A DNA stretch of 64,000 nt from Anaerolineales bacterium (GTDB taxonomy: Bacteria > Chloroflexota > Anaerolineae > Anaerolineales > UBA11858): NCBI GenBank assembly GCA_024763275.1, contig JANTFT010000004.1:25774-89773 (forward strand), written 5' to 3'. The position numbers were made by a program, and so were the translations under genes. Shown here in pieces: positions 1 to 10,332 of this stretch. Under the pieces are notes generated by a model. It had not been told where the DNA came from, did not search any database, and worked only from the letters and a program-made list of their open reading frames with translations. Position 1 is the first letter of the stretch. Each line of letters opens with the position of its first letter.

Positions 1-11
1 AGAAGATCTTT

Positions 12-734
12 TTGATCGGCTTATTATTTGTGCTGGCGGCCGTTAGTTCAGCAAAAGCTGCTCAGGAAGGCGGCAAGCTTCAGCTTAGACTGACCAGGAA
101 TTTCGGCTATGGGGGTTTTGGGAAGATCGAAGGATATTTCACCCTGAAAATAGTCGACCCTCCCGCTGACCTTGTTGAAGCAACTTTTTATATTGACAAC
201 GAACTTCTGAAAAATGTGGGGGACCCCCCGTTTCAAGCGAAATTCCATACTGCGGAATTCCCGCCCGGGGAGCACCAGCTGAGCGCTAGAGGAAAATTGA
301 CAGACGGCAATCAACTGGAATCCAATACCTTGAGGGAAGTCTTCCTGTCCAGCGAGGAGGCCTGGTCTGATACCCAGAAGATTCTTGTGCCGCTCTTAAT
401 TGGGATGGCTGTTCTGACTATGTTTGGGGTAGCAGTGCCCTTGCTGATTTCCAGGAAAAAGGAGTTTGTGGTTGGGTCCTATGGGCCGGCGGGCGGGGTG
501 GTATGCCCGCGCTGTGGTCTGCCATTTTCAAGGTCGGTGCTGGCTCCTAATTTACTGGTCGGCAAACTGGTTCGCTGTTCCCATTGCGGCAAGGTCAGTG
601 TGCTGGCCCGGGCATCCAGGAGCGAGCTGGAGGCAGCTGAGATGAGATATATCAGTGGAGAAAATTCTCCCGGTTCTCGACTGGAGAAAAGTGAACTCCG
701 GAAAATCCTGGACGAATCCCGCTTTGAGGATTGA
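12..734 (+). CDS. hypothetical single-pass membrane protein with C-terminal zinc-ribbon (CxxC...CxxC)
   Basis: 240-aa ORF. Hydrophobic N-terminus, central TM segment (ILVPLLIGMAVLTMFGVAVPLLI), then CPRCG...CSHCG. The TTG start lies at the window edge, so the true 5' end may be upstream. Confidence 0.5.
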   Translation: MIGLLFVLAAVSSAKAAQEGGKLQLRLTRNFGYGGFGKIEGYFTLKIVDPPADLVEATFYIDNELLKNVGDPPFQAKFHTAEFPPGEHQLSARGKLTDGNQLESNTLREVFLSSEEAWSDTQKILVPLLIGMAVLTMFGVAVPLLISRKKEFVVGSYGPAGGVVCPRCGLPFSRSVLAPNLLVGKLVRCSHCGKVSVLARASRSELEAAEMRYISGENSPGSRLEKSELRKILDESRFED

Positions 735-822
735 TCCGGGCTGGCTATCGAAATTACAAGGTCAATCAGGTCCGCTTGGACTATAATTAAGCTCCGGTAA
801 ATTATTCACAACCTCTCTAACT

Positions 823-2085
823 ATGTTCGATAAACTGACAGCAGCGATCGCCGAACCAGAGATCCGAGAGCAAACGCGCAAGATCGCCCGTTTGGTGGAG
901 ATCAGTGCGATTTTGAATTCCACGCTCAAGCCTGACCTGCTGCTGCAGAATATCCTGCAGTCTGCGGCTGAGCTGCTGGATTGCAGCGTGATCTCTATTT
1001 TGCTCTACGATGAGAGAGAAAAGGAGCTGCGCTTCGCTGCCACTACCAGTGTGAACATCGATCAGCTGGAGCAAATCCCTGTTCCTCTGGACAACAGTCT
1101 GGCGGGAACGATTTACACCGAGAACCGCCATCTGGTGATCAACAACACCAAAGACGATCCCCGCCACTATGATGAGGTTGGGGAGGAAGTGGGTTTGCAG
1201 GTAGAATCCCTGCTGGGTGTGCCCATGCGCATCAAGAACCGGGTCACTGGGGTGATTGAAGCGCTGAATAAGAAGAATGGGATGTTCACCGATTTTGATG
1301 TCCAGCTTCTGCTGGTGATCGCCTCTCAGGCGGCTATCTCCATGCACAACGCCCAGCTGATCCAATCCCTGCATAAGGCTAATGTCGAACTCAGCCAGGC
1401 GGACAAATTAAAGCGGGATCTAATGGCCGTGGCATCCCACGAGCTGCGCACACCCCTGGGCAATATCCTGGGTTATGCTACCCTGTTGTTTGAGGATGCC
1501 ACTGAGGAGAACAAGCCTCTGGCGAAATCGATCTTGAAAGCATCCTCCAAACTCCGGGCAGTTCTGGATGATATCGCGAATATGAATTTGCTTTATACCG
1601 GAGAAGCGGACCTGGACCTGGTCGATTCCACCCTGCAGGAAGTCCTTACTTTTGCCAAAGAAGAGGTGCGCCAAACAGTCTCCCGGAATGACCTGCCAAT
1701 CACCTACCAGATGCCGGAAGAGCCCATCCCTTTGCGGGTTGATCTGCCCAAGATGTGTGTGGTTTTTGTCAACCTGCTCTTGAACGCCCTCCGCTTCACG
1801 CCGGAGGGAGGAAAGATCATCCTCAGTGTGGAGGACCGGGGCGATGAGGTGATGGTTGCCATCAATGACACCGGGAAGGGAATAACTGAGGAAAGCCTGG
1901 AAAAGATCTTCGAGGTGTTTTACCAGGAAGAGGACCATATGACCCGCCGTACCGGAGGCCTGGGGTTGGGGCTGTCAATTGCCCGGGAGCTGGTCCGTCT
2001 GCACGGAGGAAGGATCTGGGCTGAAAGTGAAGGATTGGGGAAAGGAGCAACCTTCCGGGTTGTGCTCCCTAAGCCGGAAGGGTAA
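823..2085 (+). CDS. GAF-domain sensor histidine kinase
   Basis: 420 aa. N-terminal GAF-like region, H-box SHELRTPL, and C-terminal HATPase_c motifs (NLLLNALRFTP, DTGKGI, GGLGLGLSI). Confidence 0.9.
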   Translation: MFDKLTAAIAEPEIREQTRKIARLVEISAILNSTLKPDLLLQNILQSAAELLDCSVISILLYDEREKELRFAATTSVNIDQLEQIPVPLDNSLAGTIYTENRHLVINNTKDDPRHYDEVGEEVGLQVESLLGVPMRIKNRVTGVIEALNKKNGMFTDFDVQLLLVIASQAAISMHNAQLIQSLHKANVELSQADKLKRDLMAVASHELRTPLGNILGYATLLFEDATEENKPLAKSILKASSKLRAVLDDIANMNLLYTGEADLDLVDSTLQEVLTFAKEEVRQTVSRNDLPITYQMPEEPIPLRVDLPKMCVVFVNLLLNALRFTPEGGKIILSVEDRGDEVMVAINDTGKGITEESLEKIFEVFYQEEDHMTRRTGGLGLGLSIARELVRLHGGRIWAESEGLGKGATFRVVLPKPEG

Positions 2086-2096
2086 AGCAGATAAGG

Positions 2097-3095
2097 TCAC
2101 GCTGGCCCGGAAGTTTCCTTATCGATCAAAGACTCGCATATTTCCAAAAAACTATCAAGCGCCACCAGGCGAATCTGATAATCCTTACCGGCAAAACCCA
2201 GGACTGTCAGGGCTTTGATCCAGGGCGCCTGCAGGGCGGTCTGGTCAGGAAGGACACTGACGATTGCCGTCCAGGTAGTCAGCAGCGGCCACAGCCCGTG
2301 GATAGGATTAGGGCTGAGCAGCAGTTTTTCCAGCGCAGCCAGATAATAGGTTTCCTGTTCAACCAGCACGGGGAGGACATCGGGATGTTTCTTGAGGGTA
2401 TCCAGGGCGGCTATCCAGGATCCCAGCCAGTCAGCCAGGGTATCTTTAGAAAGATCGACCCCGCCCAGCAGGTGAGAGAAAGCGCTGCCCAGGCCGGGAG
2501 CACCTACGGCCTCCCCCCGCCGGGAGAACTCCATACCCAGGCGGCGGGTAGCCAGGGGTGGACCGCTGAGCAGGGCAACGGCATTGGCGGCCTGTTCAAG
2601 GGCTGCCAGGAAAGCGGGTAACTCTTCCAGAATATTATGGGGCGGGGAGATCTGGCGATCCATCCAGAACTGGCGGGCCTCTGTGATCAGCTTAGTACTT
2701 CTGGCCCGAATATTTTCAGGAAAAGAGAAATTGCTCCGCACCCCCGATTGCGTATAGTCTAGTAGGTGGCGGGGGTCATAGAGCGGAACGGCATCCTGCA
2801 GGGTCGGTCCGAACCAGGGATCCAGGCGCAGCTCCCGGGGTTTGCGGTAAACCAGCTGGTCGTGGTGTTCAATATCAAAAGTGATTTCCGGAGTCAGCTT
2901 GCGGATTTCTCGCTCCTGCACAGGGGGTGAATTGTGGATGAATACCAGATCGATGTCCCCTGCTCCCCCGATTAGAGGTGAGCCGTATAACAGGGATCCG
3001 CGCAAATAGATGGACAGGAGATCCCGGTTCTTTTTGGATTCCTTCTCTGCCAAAACTTGGGCATGCTGACGGAGAATTTGCGGTGTAAAACGCAT
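2097..3095 (-). CDS. nucleotidyltransferase-domain protein (Pol-beta superfamily)
   Basis: Motif RGSLLYGSPLIGGAGDIDLVF (GS...D-x-D). I moved the start to the internal ATG at 3095 (MRFTPQ...) because the longer ORF overlaps the upstream kinase gene. Confidence 0.6.
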   Translation of the reverse strand: MRFTPQILRQHAQVLAEKESKKNRDLLSIYLRGSLLYGSPLIGGAGDIDLVFIHNSPPVQEREIRKLTPEITFDIEHHDQLVYRKPRELRLDPWFGPTLQDAVPLYDPRHLLDYTQSGVRSNFSFPENIRARSTKLITEARQFWMDRQISPPHNILEELPAFLAALEQAANAVALLSGPPLATRRLGMEFSRRGEAVGAPGLGSAFSHLLGGVDLSKDTLADWLGSWIAALDTLKKHPDVLPVLVEQETYYLAALEKLLLSPNPIHGLWPLLTTWTAIVSVLPDQTALQAPWIKALTVLGFAGKDYQIRLVALDSFLEICESLIDKETSGPA

Positions 3096-3118
3096 TTCTA
3101 TCCTGTCCTTGTTTGGGA

Positions 3119-3754
3119 TCAGGCCTGGCTGAAGAACTGGGTTTGGTAGGGACCCAGTTTTAATGTTTGCCGGATGCGGGCTTCGACCCAATCCAGATCC
3201 TCTTCCCTGGCAACATAATTCAGCTCATTGGTATTGATGCTCAGGACCTGAGCAGCCTTGTGTTCGGCGCTGTAAAACCTCTCATAGGCTTCATTCAAGC
3301 TGTCAATGTAGCTCCGGTCCATATTGCGCTCATAGGGACGATCGCGCAGGGCAATGCGCTGCATCAGTACACTGGTGTCTGCCTGGAGATAAACTATCAG
3401 GTCAGGGGGTGGGAGTTTTTCAGCCAGGGCGTTGTGGACGCTGAAATAAGTGTCCAGCTCATCGCCGTCCAGGGTGAGGCGGGCGAACAGGGCATCCTTT
3501 TCGAATGTGTAATCCGCGATCAGGTCTTTGCCTGATTCCAGCGCCGGGGGGATATCCTGCTGTTGGTGGTAGCGGCTTAGCAAGAAGAAGATCTGGGTTT
3601 GGAAGGCATAAGCGTCCCGGTCAGTGTAAAAATCTGCCAGAAAAGGGTTCTCTTCAAAAACCTCCAGGACCAAATCCGCCTGAAAGCGGGAGGCCAATAA
3701 ACGAGAAAGAGTTGTTTTTCCAACGCCAATTGCGCCTTCGATCGCGATATACAT
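3119..3754 (-). CDS. deoxynucleoside kinase family protein
   Basis: 211 aa. P-loop IAIEGAIGVGKTTL at the N-terminus, with dNK-like ERS/DR motifs (DRPYERN). Confidence 0.85.
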   Translation of the reverse strand: MYIAIEGAIGVGKTTLSRLLASRFQADLVLEVFEENPFLADFYTDRDAYAFQTQIFFLLSRYHQQQDIPPALESGKDLIADYTFEKDALFARLTLDGDELDTYFSVHNALAEKLPPPDLIVYLQADTSVLMQRIALRDRPYERNMDRSYIDSLNEAYERFYSAEHKAAQVLSINTNELNYVAREEDLDWVEARIRQTLKLGPYQTQFFSQA

Positions 3755-3840
3755 GGGGGAGCAGATGTCCTTTTCCTGTGATTAAGATGGTAGCTTTTAC
3801 TCTGCTGCAAATGGGCGTTTCACTCAATTGGAGCAGGTTA

Positions 3841-3870
3841 TTGACAAGCCGGGTTTTTTAACGCTACACT
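3841..3870 (+). promoter_or_regulatory. candidate sigma70-type promoter upstream of ssb
   Basis: TTGACA at 3841-3846, an 18-nt spacer, then TACACT at 3865-3870, about 45 nt upstream of the ssb ATG. Confidence 0.3.
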
Positions 3871-3912
3871 GAAAGCCACGACCTATCAATTATATCTTAT
3901 CAGGAGGGAAAT

Positions 3913-4251
3913 ATGGTGGGCCTGAATCGCATCCAGTTAATCGGAAGGCTGGGGAGAGACCCTGAACTGAAGAACATTAACGGAGGGAAAAAAGTATGTT
4001 CCTTCAGCCTGGCAGTGAACCGGCGCTGGAAGGACCGGGAGGGAGAACCCCGGGAAGTTACCGACTGGTTTAACATCGAAGCCTGGGACCGGCTGGCGGA
4101 GATCTGCGGCGAGTTCCTTAAAAAAGGCAGCCTGATTTTTCTGGAAGGTCGCCTGCAGACGGATTCCTATGAAGAGAATGGATCGCCCCGCTATTTCACC
4201 AAAGTGATCCCTTCCCAAATGCAGATGCTGGAAAAGAAAAATTCCCAGTAA
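3913..4251 (+). CDS. ssb: single-stranded DNA-binding protein (short, no acidic C-terminal tail)
   Basis: 112 aa. OB-fold SSB signature LNRIQLIGRLGRDPELK...WFNIEAW...GSLIFLEGRLQT. SD GGAGGG lies upstream of the ATG. Confidence 0.85.
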   Translation: MVGLNRIQLIGRLGRDPELKNINGGKKVCSFSLAVNRRWKDREGEPREVTDWFNIEAWDRLAEICGEFLKKGSLIFLEGRLQTDSYEENGSPRYFTKVIPSQMQMLEKKNSQ

Positions 4252-4420
4252 GAGGGATCGCCGGAGCAACTACCCTCCCTGAATACCCCACCTTGATTTT
4301 CGGGGGAGTAGGGTCGCCCAATGACTGGCCTTGAGAGAGGGTGAGGGGGAAGGGGTATAATTTCCATAGTACGCAGGTCTTTGCTGGATCTAAGCGAAAT
4401 TTAAGAAAGGAACCTGACCT

Positions 4421-7400
4421 ATGGCTTCCCCCTTTAAGAGACATTTCCCCGTAATTCTTGCTGGAACGCTCCTGCTGGTGGCGGTCGTCACCCTCTCCTG
4501 CAATCTCCCGGCTGCACTGCAGGGAAAGCTTTTTGGATTAGGGGGGTCCCCCGCTCCCACTTTCCAGCCGACCAATACACCTCAGCCGCTCCCGCCCACG
4601 GTGGTGGAATCAGATCCCCCTCAGGGGAGCACCATTTCCCTGGAAGGCCCGATCACCATTTACTTCAATCAAGCCATGGACCAGGATTCAGTCCCCGGGG
4701 CTTTTTCCACTGACCCGCAGGTGCCGGGCTCGCTGGAGTGGATCGACCCGGCGACGGTCCGTTTCCAGCCCAGCGGGGAATTTCCAGCCGGGTCCTCGAT
4801 CCAGCTCCATTTCTCCCCATCTCTCAGCGCAGCTAACGGGCTGACTCTTTCCGGTGAGCTTGCTCTGCAGTACTACACCCCCGAGGAACTGGAACCGGTG
4901 ACCGCCCTGCCCTCACCTGACAGCACAGAGGTTGATCCCCTGTCAGCCATCGTGGTGGCTTTTAATCAGCCAGTGACCGCCCTGGGCGATGCTTTGAGTG
5001 AAGCCCCCCCGGCTTTCAGGGTCAGCCCGGCACCCGCCGGGCAGGGAGAGTGGATCAATCCCAGCACATATCAATTCTCTCCTGACCCCGGTCTCTCCGG
5101 GGGCACGACCTATCAGGTTGAACTTTCCTCGGATCTGGTCAGCACCTGGGGAACTGCTCTGGGAGACCAGGCTCCTCTCAGCTGGACCTTTTCCACCTCC
5201 TATCCCGAAGTGCTTGATTGGGAGCCCCATGATGGAGATGTCGGGGTCCCTCTGGACAAGACCATCCGGCTGAAATTCAATCAGGCTATGGACGCGGACA
5301 GTGTGGCGGAGCATTTTTCCCTTATCAAAGGAGATGGCTCAGCGGTCAACGGCACCTGGGAGTGGTCTGAGGATTTCCGGGAAGCCGAATTTACCGCGGA
5401 CGAGCTCCTGCTCCGGTGGAATAAATATTCCGCTGTTCTGCCAGCGGAAGCTTCTTCCGCAGCCGGAACCCCGCTGGGAGTGGATACCCAATTCGACTTC
5501 CAAACAACCGGGGAATTTCAGTTCCTGGGTACGCCCTCTGGATTGAATTACACCACCTCGATCTATGAGGGTGCCACGCTTTACTTCAACAATCCGGTCG
5601 ATCTTGAAACCGCCACAGAGAACATCAGCTTGACCCCGGAGGTGACGAACATCTGGCCCTCCACGGGGGGCAGTGGAAGTGTGCTCAATATTTACGGTGA
5701 TTTTGAGCCCCTGACGGACTACACTCTGACCTTGAAGGAACCGCTGGCCGATGTTTGGGGCAGCCAGCTGGGATCCGCCCGCACGATCCACTTCACCACA
5801 GAGGCCCTGCCGCCCAATTTGACGGTGACCCAGGGAAACAATATTCTGTTCCTGACCGGATCAGAGAACGCCCTTCCTGTCCGGATTACCAATGTCTATC
5901 AGGTAGCCATTAACGCCGGCAGCATTCCGCGGGACGCTATCCCGATGTTTTTTGGCCCGGGCTACTATACCAATCTGGATGATTACTACCCCCCGGATGT
6001 GCAGTACTGGAACGAGATCGTGAATGTGCCAGGAGATGACGTTTACAACATCAATTTGCCTCTCAACCAAACCGGGACACCGCTGGCCCCCGGCCTTTAC
6101 CGCTACCAGATCTATTCCCAGGAGATCCCTTACAATCCCTCTCCTTATTTGCTGGCGGTTAGCAATCTGCATCTGACCATGAAGACCAGTCCGGAGAACC
6201 TGCTGATATGGGCCCTGGATTTGGGGACAGGGGAAGGGGTCCCTGACGCGGAGATCACTGTCTATGATCAGACAGGCGGTGAGGTTTTCTCAGGAAAAAC
6301 GGACGCTGAGGGGATATTCCAGGCGGAATTCACCTCTCCCATTGACCTGTACGATAACGTCTTTTATGCCATTTCCGGGGAACCCGGACAGGCGGATTTT
6401 GGGATCACTGCCAGCAACTGGGCCTTTGGGACCGAAGCCTATAATTTTGGGTTGCCGTCCGATTACAACCCCCCCCAGGCCCAGACATATATTTATACGG
6501 ACCGCCCCATCTACCGGCCGGGTCAAACGGTTAATTACCGCCTGATCCAGCGGGACCGCCCTGGTGGTGGCTATGCTCTCCCCTCTGAGGATTCCATCAC
6601 GCTTTCCGTTTTCCAGGCTGGCTCTCAAGAACAACAGGTGACTTTACAGCTCTCAGAATACGGCACTGCGGATGGATCGTTTGCGCTTTCTCCCTATGCC
6701 CAGCCGGGGTATTACCGGCTGGAAACTGACTACGGTATGACCCTGTTTCAGGTGGCTGAATACCGCAAACCGGAAATCGATCTGGCTGTTTCCCTGGACA
6801 AAGAGCAGGCTTTGCTCGGGGACGATTGGCAGGGAAGTGTCCAGGCGCGCTATTATTTTGACGCTCCTGCCAGTGAGGTCAAATTGCTGTGGACTCTGCG
6901 GGCTGAACCAAATCCCTTTTATCTGTCTGGCTATCAGGTGGGAGTGCTTGACAGCAACTGGTTCACATACGGCGGTCTGTATTCCCCCATTCACTGGGGC
7001 CCCCGGGTGGCTGAAGGGGAAGCGCTGACTGACCAGAATGGATACTGGGAGCAGGAAGGACAGCTGACAGACCAGGATATTTACGATCGGGAAGTTCGCC
7101 TGCCGGCCAGATACATCCTCAGCGTCACTGCTGAAGATGAAAGCGGTTTTCAGGTCACAAACCAGGCTGAGATGCTGGTTCATCCCAGCGCGTTCTATAT
7201 CGGAGTTCACCCATCGGCCTGGATCGCTGAAGCTGGCCAGGAGGTGACATTTGACCTGCTGGCAGTGGACTGGGACAAACAGCCGGATGGAGTTCATGAC
7301 CTGCGGGCTGAGTTCAATAAAGTAACCTGGACTCATGAGGTTGGAGATATAGGCCAGATCGAATACACCCGGGAAAAAGAGCTCATCAGCGCCGAAGAGA

Positions 7401-10279
7401 TCTCCACAGACCAGGGGGGCAAGGCTGCGATCAGCTTTGTTCCCGAGGAACCCGGCACCTATCAGCTGGATGTGTTTGGTGGGGGTGCCCGCAGCGAAGT
7501 CACGCTCTGGGTTGGTGGGACCGGCACCCCTGTCTGGCCGACGCTGACCAATCAGAAGATCAGATTGATCGCCGATAAGGAAAACTACCAGCCCGGAGAT
7601 ACTGCCACCGTCTTTATTCCCAATCCTTTCCCGGATGGCGCCCAGGCGCTGATCACTACGGAAAGGCAGAGAGTGATTTCTTATCAGACCATGTCCCTCA
7701 CCGGGTCCGGACAGACAGTGGATATCGAACTAGATGACCAGGACGCTCCCAACGTTTACCTTTCAGTGACCCTGATCGGGAATGAACCCGGGGGCGGGAT
7801 CGGCTTCCGGCAGGGCTATCTCAACCTGCTGGTAGACCCCAGGGATAAAATCCTCCAAGTCGAGGTCATCGGAGAACCGCGGCGGGTTGGTCCCGGGGAG
7901 GAAGTTGAGTTCACCGTCCAGGTTACCGACCAGGATGGAAAGCCCCAGCAGGGTGAGTTTTCCCTGGCGGTCGTTGATAAGGCGGTCCTGGCTCTGGCAG
8001 ATCCCTATTCACCGGAGATCGGGGAAGCTTTTTACGGGGTCCAGCCTCTGTCAGTCCGGATGGGTTTTCCGCTGGGCCTGCACGCCGGCCTGATGGTCTT
8101 TGTTCCCGGTGGCTTAGGGGGCGGCGGAGGCGATGTGCCTGACTCCGTCCGGGAGCAGTTTGAGGATACTGCCTACTGGCAGGCTGATATCCAGACCGAT
8201 GAGAACGGCCTGGCGGTGGTGAGCGTGGTCCTGCCGGACAACCTGACCACCTGGCAGGCAGAAGCCCGCGGGGTGACCAAAGATACCGCAGTCGGCCAGG
8301 CAGATGCTGAAGTGATCACCACCAAAGAACTGCTGGTACGGCCGGTAACTCCCAGATTCCTGGTGGCCGGAGACCATCTGGTGCTGGCCGCGGTGGTACA
8401 CAATAACACGGCTGATGCCCTGACCGCGGATGTTTCCCTGCAGGGAAGCGGCTTGCTGCTGGATGCCCCGGAATTTTCAGTCCAGACCGTGGATGTGCCC
8501 GCCGGAGGAAGAGCGAGAGTGGAATGGTGGGTCACAGTAGAGGACACTGACCAGGCGGATATTCTCTTCACCGCTGAGGGGGGGGGACTGCAGGATGCCG
8601 TCAAGCCTTATCAGGGACCACTTCCGGTCCTGAGGTATCTGGCGCCGGTCAGCTTTGGAACTTCAGGAACCCTCGAACAGGCCGGCCACGAGCTGGAAAT
8701 CGTCAGTCTTCCCCGGACGTTCGATCCCTCTCAAGGCTCTCTGGATATCGAGCTTTCGCCTTCCCTGGCTGCTGTTGTATTAAACTCCCTCCAAGCACTT
8801 GAGGAGCGAGAACATTACTCCAACGAAGCTACCATGTCCTACTTCCTGCCTAATGTGGTCACCTACCAGACCTTGAAAGACCTGGACCTGGATTATCCCC
8901 TGCTGGAAAGCCGCCTGGACCGCGTGATACCGGAAACCCTGGCTGCCCTGGCAGCGGAACAGAATGAGGATGGCGGTTGGGGCTGGTGGAAAGGCGGAGC
9001 CAGCGATCCGGAGATCAGTTCATATATCCTGTTCGGGCTGCTTCAGGCCCAGCAGGCAGGCATGTTCGTGGACGAGCTGATGCTCCAGCAGGCCACCGGA
9101 TACCTGATGGCCACGCTGCCGGCGGTGGACATGTTGAGCGAGCCCCGGCAGTACAACCAGCTGGCCTTGAGATATTTTGCGCTGACGGAAGCCGGGATCA
9201 ACCTCAAGGCTGGCATGGAAGCCCTCGCTGAACTGGGGGGGGAGCTGGACCCTGGCTATCAAGCCCTGCTCGCGCTGGCTCTGGAAACCAACCAGTCTGA
9301 AAATGACTGGGCCCGCTCCCTGTTCTCAAATCTGGGAGGAAAGGGCATTCGCACGGCAACCGGCCTGCACTGGGAGAATTCCCCTGGCAGACATTCCTGG
9401 ATGAACAGCGATACTACCGCTACCGCCATGGTTGTTTACGCTCTGGCGAGAGCAGAAAATGCGCCGGAGCTGCTTCCTGAGGCTGTGCGCTATCTGATAT
9501 CCATGAAAACAGGGAAGGGAGATTGGTGGTCCCCTTACGAAACCAGCTGGTCCATCCTGGCCCTGAACGAGGTGCTTAAAAGAGGTGGAGAGCTGAGCAG
9601 CGATTTTGCATTCTCGGCTTCAGTGAACGGCCGTGAGCTGATAAAAGGTGCTGCTGAAGGGCCGGAGCATCTGGAAGCTGCCGCGGCGTCCCTTCCGATT
9701 GAGGACCTATACACGGCTGACCCCAATGCGCTGGTGATCAGCCGTACTGAGGGCAGCGGCTCCCTGTACTACAAAGCCCATCTGCTGGTTTATCAGCCGG
9801 CAGAGGATGTGCGGCCCTTTGGGAAGGGGCTGAGCCTTTCCCGGGTCTATACCAATTTAGGTGACGCGGGGAAATTTATCCAGTCAGGCCAGGCAGGCGA
9901 CCTGATCAAGGTCCAGCTTACCCTGGTCCTGGAAAACGACACTCATTACCTGATGGTCGAGGATTTCATCCCCTCCGGAGCTGAAATCCTGGATACCCGG
10001 CTGAAGACCTCCCGCCAGGATCTGGAAAGCTACCAGGCCTCTACTCCCTTCAGCGAGGGATGGGGCTGGTGGTATTTCAACGATCCCAGGGTACACGATG
10101 AGCGGGTCAGCTGGTCGGCCGATTACCTGCCTGCCGGCACCTATCAGATCACCTATCTGCTCTCGCTGACCCATCCAGGTGAATTCCAGGTGCTGCCGGC
10201 TCACGCCTGGCAGGCCTATTTCCCTGAAGTTCAAGCCATCAGCGCCGGCGACTTATTCGTTATAGAGGCCCAGAAATAG
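4421..10279 (+). CDS. alpha-2-macroglobulin family protein (large, lipobox-bearing, thioester motif absent)
   Basis: 1952 aa. Signal peptide ending VTLSC. N-terminal Big_5/SbsA-like Ig repeats (DPPQGSTISLEGPITIYFNQAMD). A2M core (TAYWQADIQTDENGLAVVSVVLPDNLTTWQAEARGVT). TED-like NEDGGWGWW. YSNEATMS occupies the place of the GC(G/L)EQ thioester site. Confidence 0.85.
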   Translation: MASPFKRHFPVILAGTLLLVAVVTLSCNLPAALQGKLFGLGGSPAPTFQPTNTPQPLPPTVVESDPPQGSTISLEGPITIYFNQAMDQDSVPGAFSTDPQVPGSLEWIDPATVRFQPSGEFPAGSSIQLHFSPSLSAANGLTLSGELALQYYTPEELEPVTALPSPDSTEVDPLSAIVVAFNQPVTALGDALSEAPPAFRVSPAPAGQGEWINPSTYQFSPDPGLSGGTTYQVELSSDLVSTWGTALGDQAPLSWTFSTSYPEVLDWEPHDGDVGVPLDKTIRLKFNQAMDADSVAEHFSLIKGDGSAVNGTWEWSEDFREAEFTADELLLRWNKYSAVLPAEASSAAGTPLGVDTQFDFQTTGEFQFLGTPSGLNYTTSIYEGATLYFNNPVDLETATENISLTPEVTNIWPSTGGSGSVLNIYGDFEPLTDYTLTLKEPLADVWGSQLGSARTIHFTTEALPPNLTVTQGNNILFLTGSENALPVRITNVYQVAINAGSIPRDAIPMFFGPGYYTNLDDYYPPDVQYWNEIVNVPGDDVYNINLPLNQTGTPLAPGLYRYQIYSQEIPYNPSPYLLAVSNLHLTMKTSPENLLIWALDLGTGEGVPDAEITVYDQTGGEVFSGKTDAEGIFQAEFTSPIDLYDNVFYAISGEPGQADFGITASNWAFGTEAYNFGLPSDYNPPQAQTYIYTDRPIYRPGQTVNYRLIQRDRPGGGYALPSEDSITLSVFQAGSQEQQVTLQLSEYGTADGSFALSPYAQPGYYRLETDYGMTLFQVAEYRKPEIDLAVSLDKEQALLGDDWQGSVQARYYFDAPASEVKLLWTLRAEPNPFYLSGYQVGVLDSNWFTYGGLYSPIHWGPRVAEGEALTDQNGYWEQEGQLTDQDIYDREVRLPARYILSVTAEDESGFQVTNQAEMLVHPSAFYIGVHPSAWIAEAGQEVTFDLLAVDWDKQPDGVHDLRAEFNKVTWTHEVGDIGQIEYTREKELISAEEISTDQGGKAAISFVPEEPGTYQLDVFGGGARSEVTLWVGGTGTPVWPTLTNQKIRLIADKENYQPGDTATVFIPNPFPDGAQALITTERQRVISYQTMSLTGSGQTVDIELDDQDAPNVYLSVTLIGNEPGGGIGFRQGYLNLLVDPRDKILQVEVIGEPRRVGPGEEVEFTVQVTDQDGKPQQGEFSLAVVDKAVLALADPYSPEIGEAFYGVQPLSVRMGFPLGLHAGLMVFVPGGLGGGGGDVPDSVREQFEDTAYWQADIQTDENGLAVVSVVLPDNLTTWQAEARGVTKDTAVGQADAEVITTKELLVRPVTPRFLVAGDHLVLAAVVHNNTADALTADVSLQGSGLLLDAPEFSVQTVDVPAGGRARVEWWVTVEDTDQADILFTAEGGGLQDAVKPYQGPLPVLRYLAPVSFGTSGTLEQAGHELEIVSLPRTFDPSQGSLDIELSPSLAAVVLNSLQALEEREHYSNEATMSYFLPNVVTYQTLKDLDLDYPLLESRLDRVIPETLAALAAEQNEDGGWGWWKGGASDPEISSYILFGLLQAQQAGMFVDELMLQQATGYLMATLPAVDMLSEPRQYNQLALRYFALTEAGINLKAGMEALAELGGELDPGYQALLALALETNQSENDWARSLFSNLGGKGIRTATGLHWENSPGRHSWMNSDTTATAMVVYALARAENAPELLPEAVRYLISMKTGKGDWWSPYETSWSILALNEVLKRGGELSSDFAFSASVNGRELIKGAAEGPEHLEAAAASLPIEDLYTADPNALVISRTEGSGSLYYKAHLLVYQPAEDVRPFGKGLSLSRVYTNLGDAGKFIQSGQAGDLIKVQLTLVLENDTHYLMVEDFIPSGAEILDTRLKTSRQDLESYQASTPFSEGWGWWYFNDPRVHDERVSWSADYLPAGTYQITYLLSLTHPGEFQVLPAHAWQAYFPEVQAISAGDLFVIEAQK

Positions 10280-10332
10280 AGGCTGTAACTATTTTTCAGC
10301 GGGAAACGTTTTAATCCCAGCAGCCCTGGACA

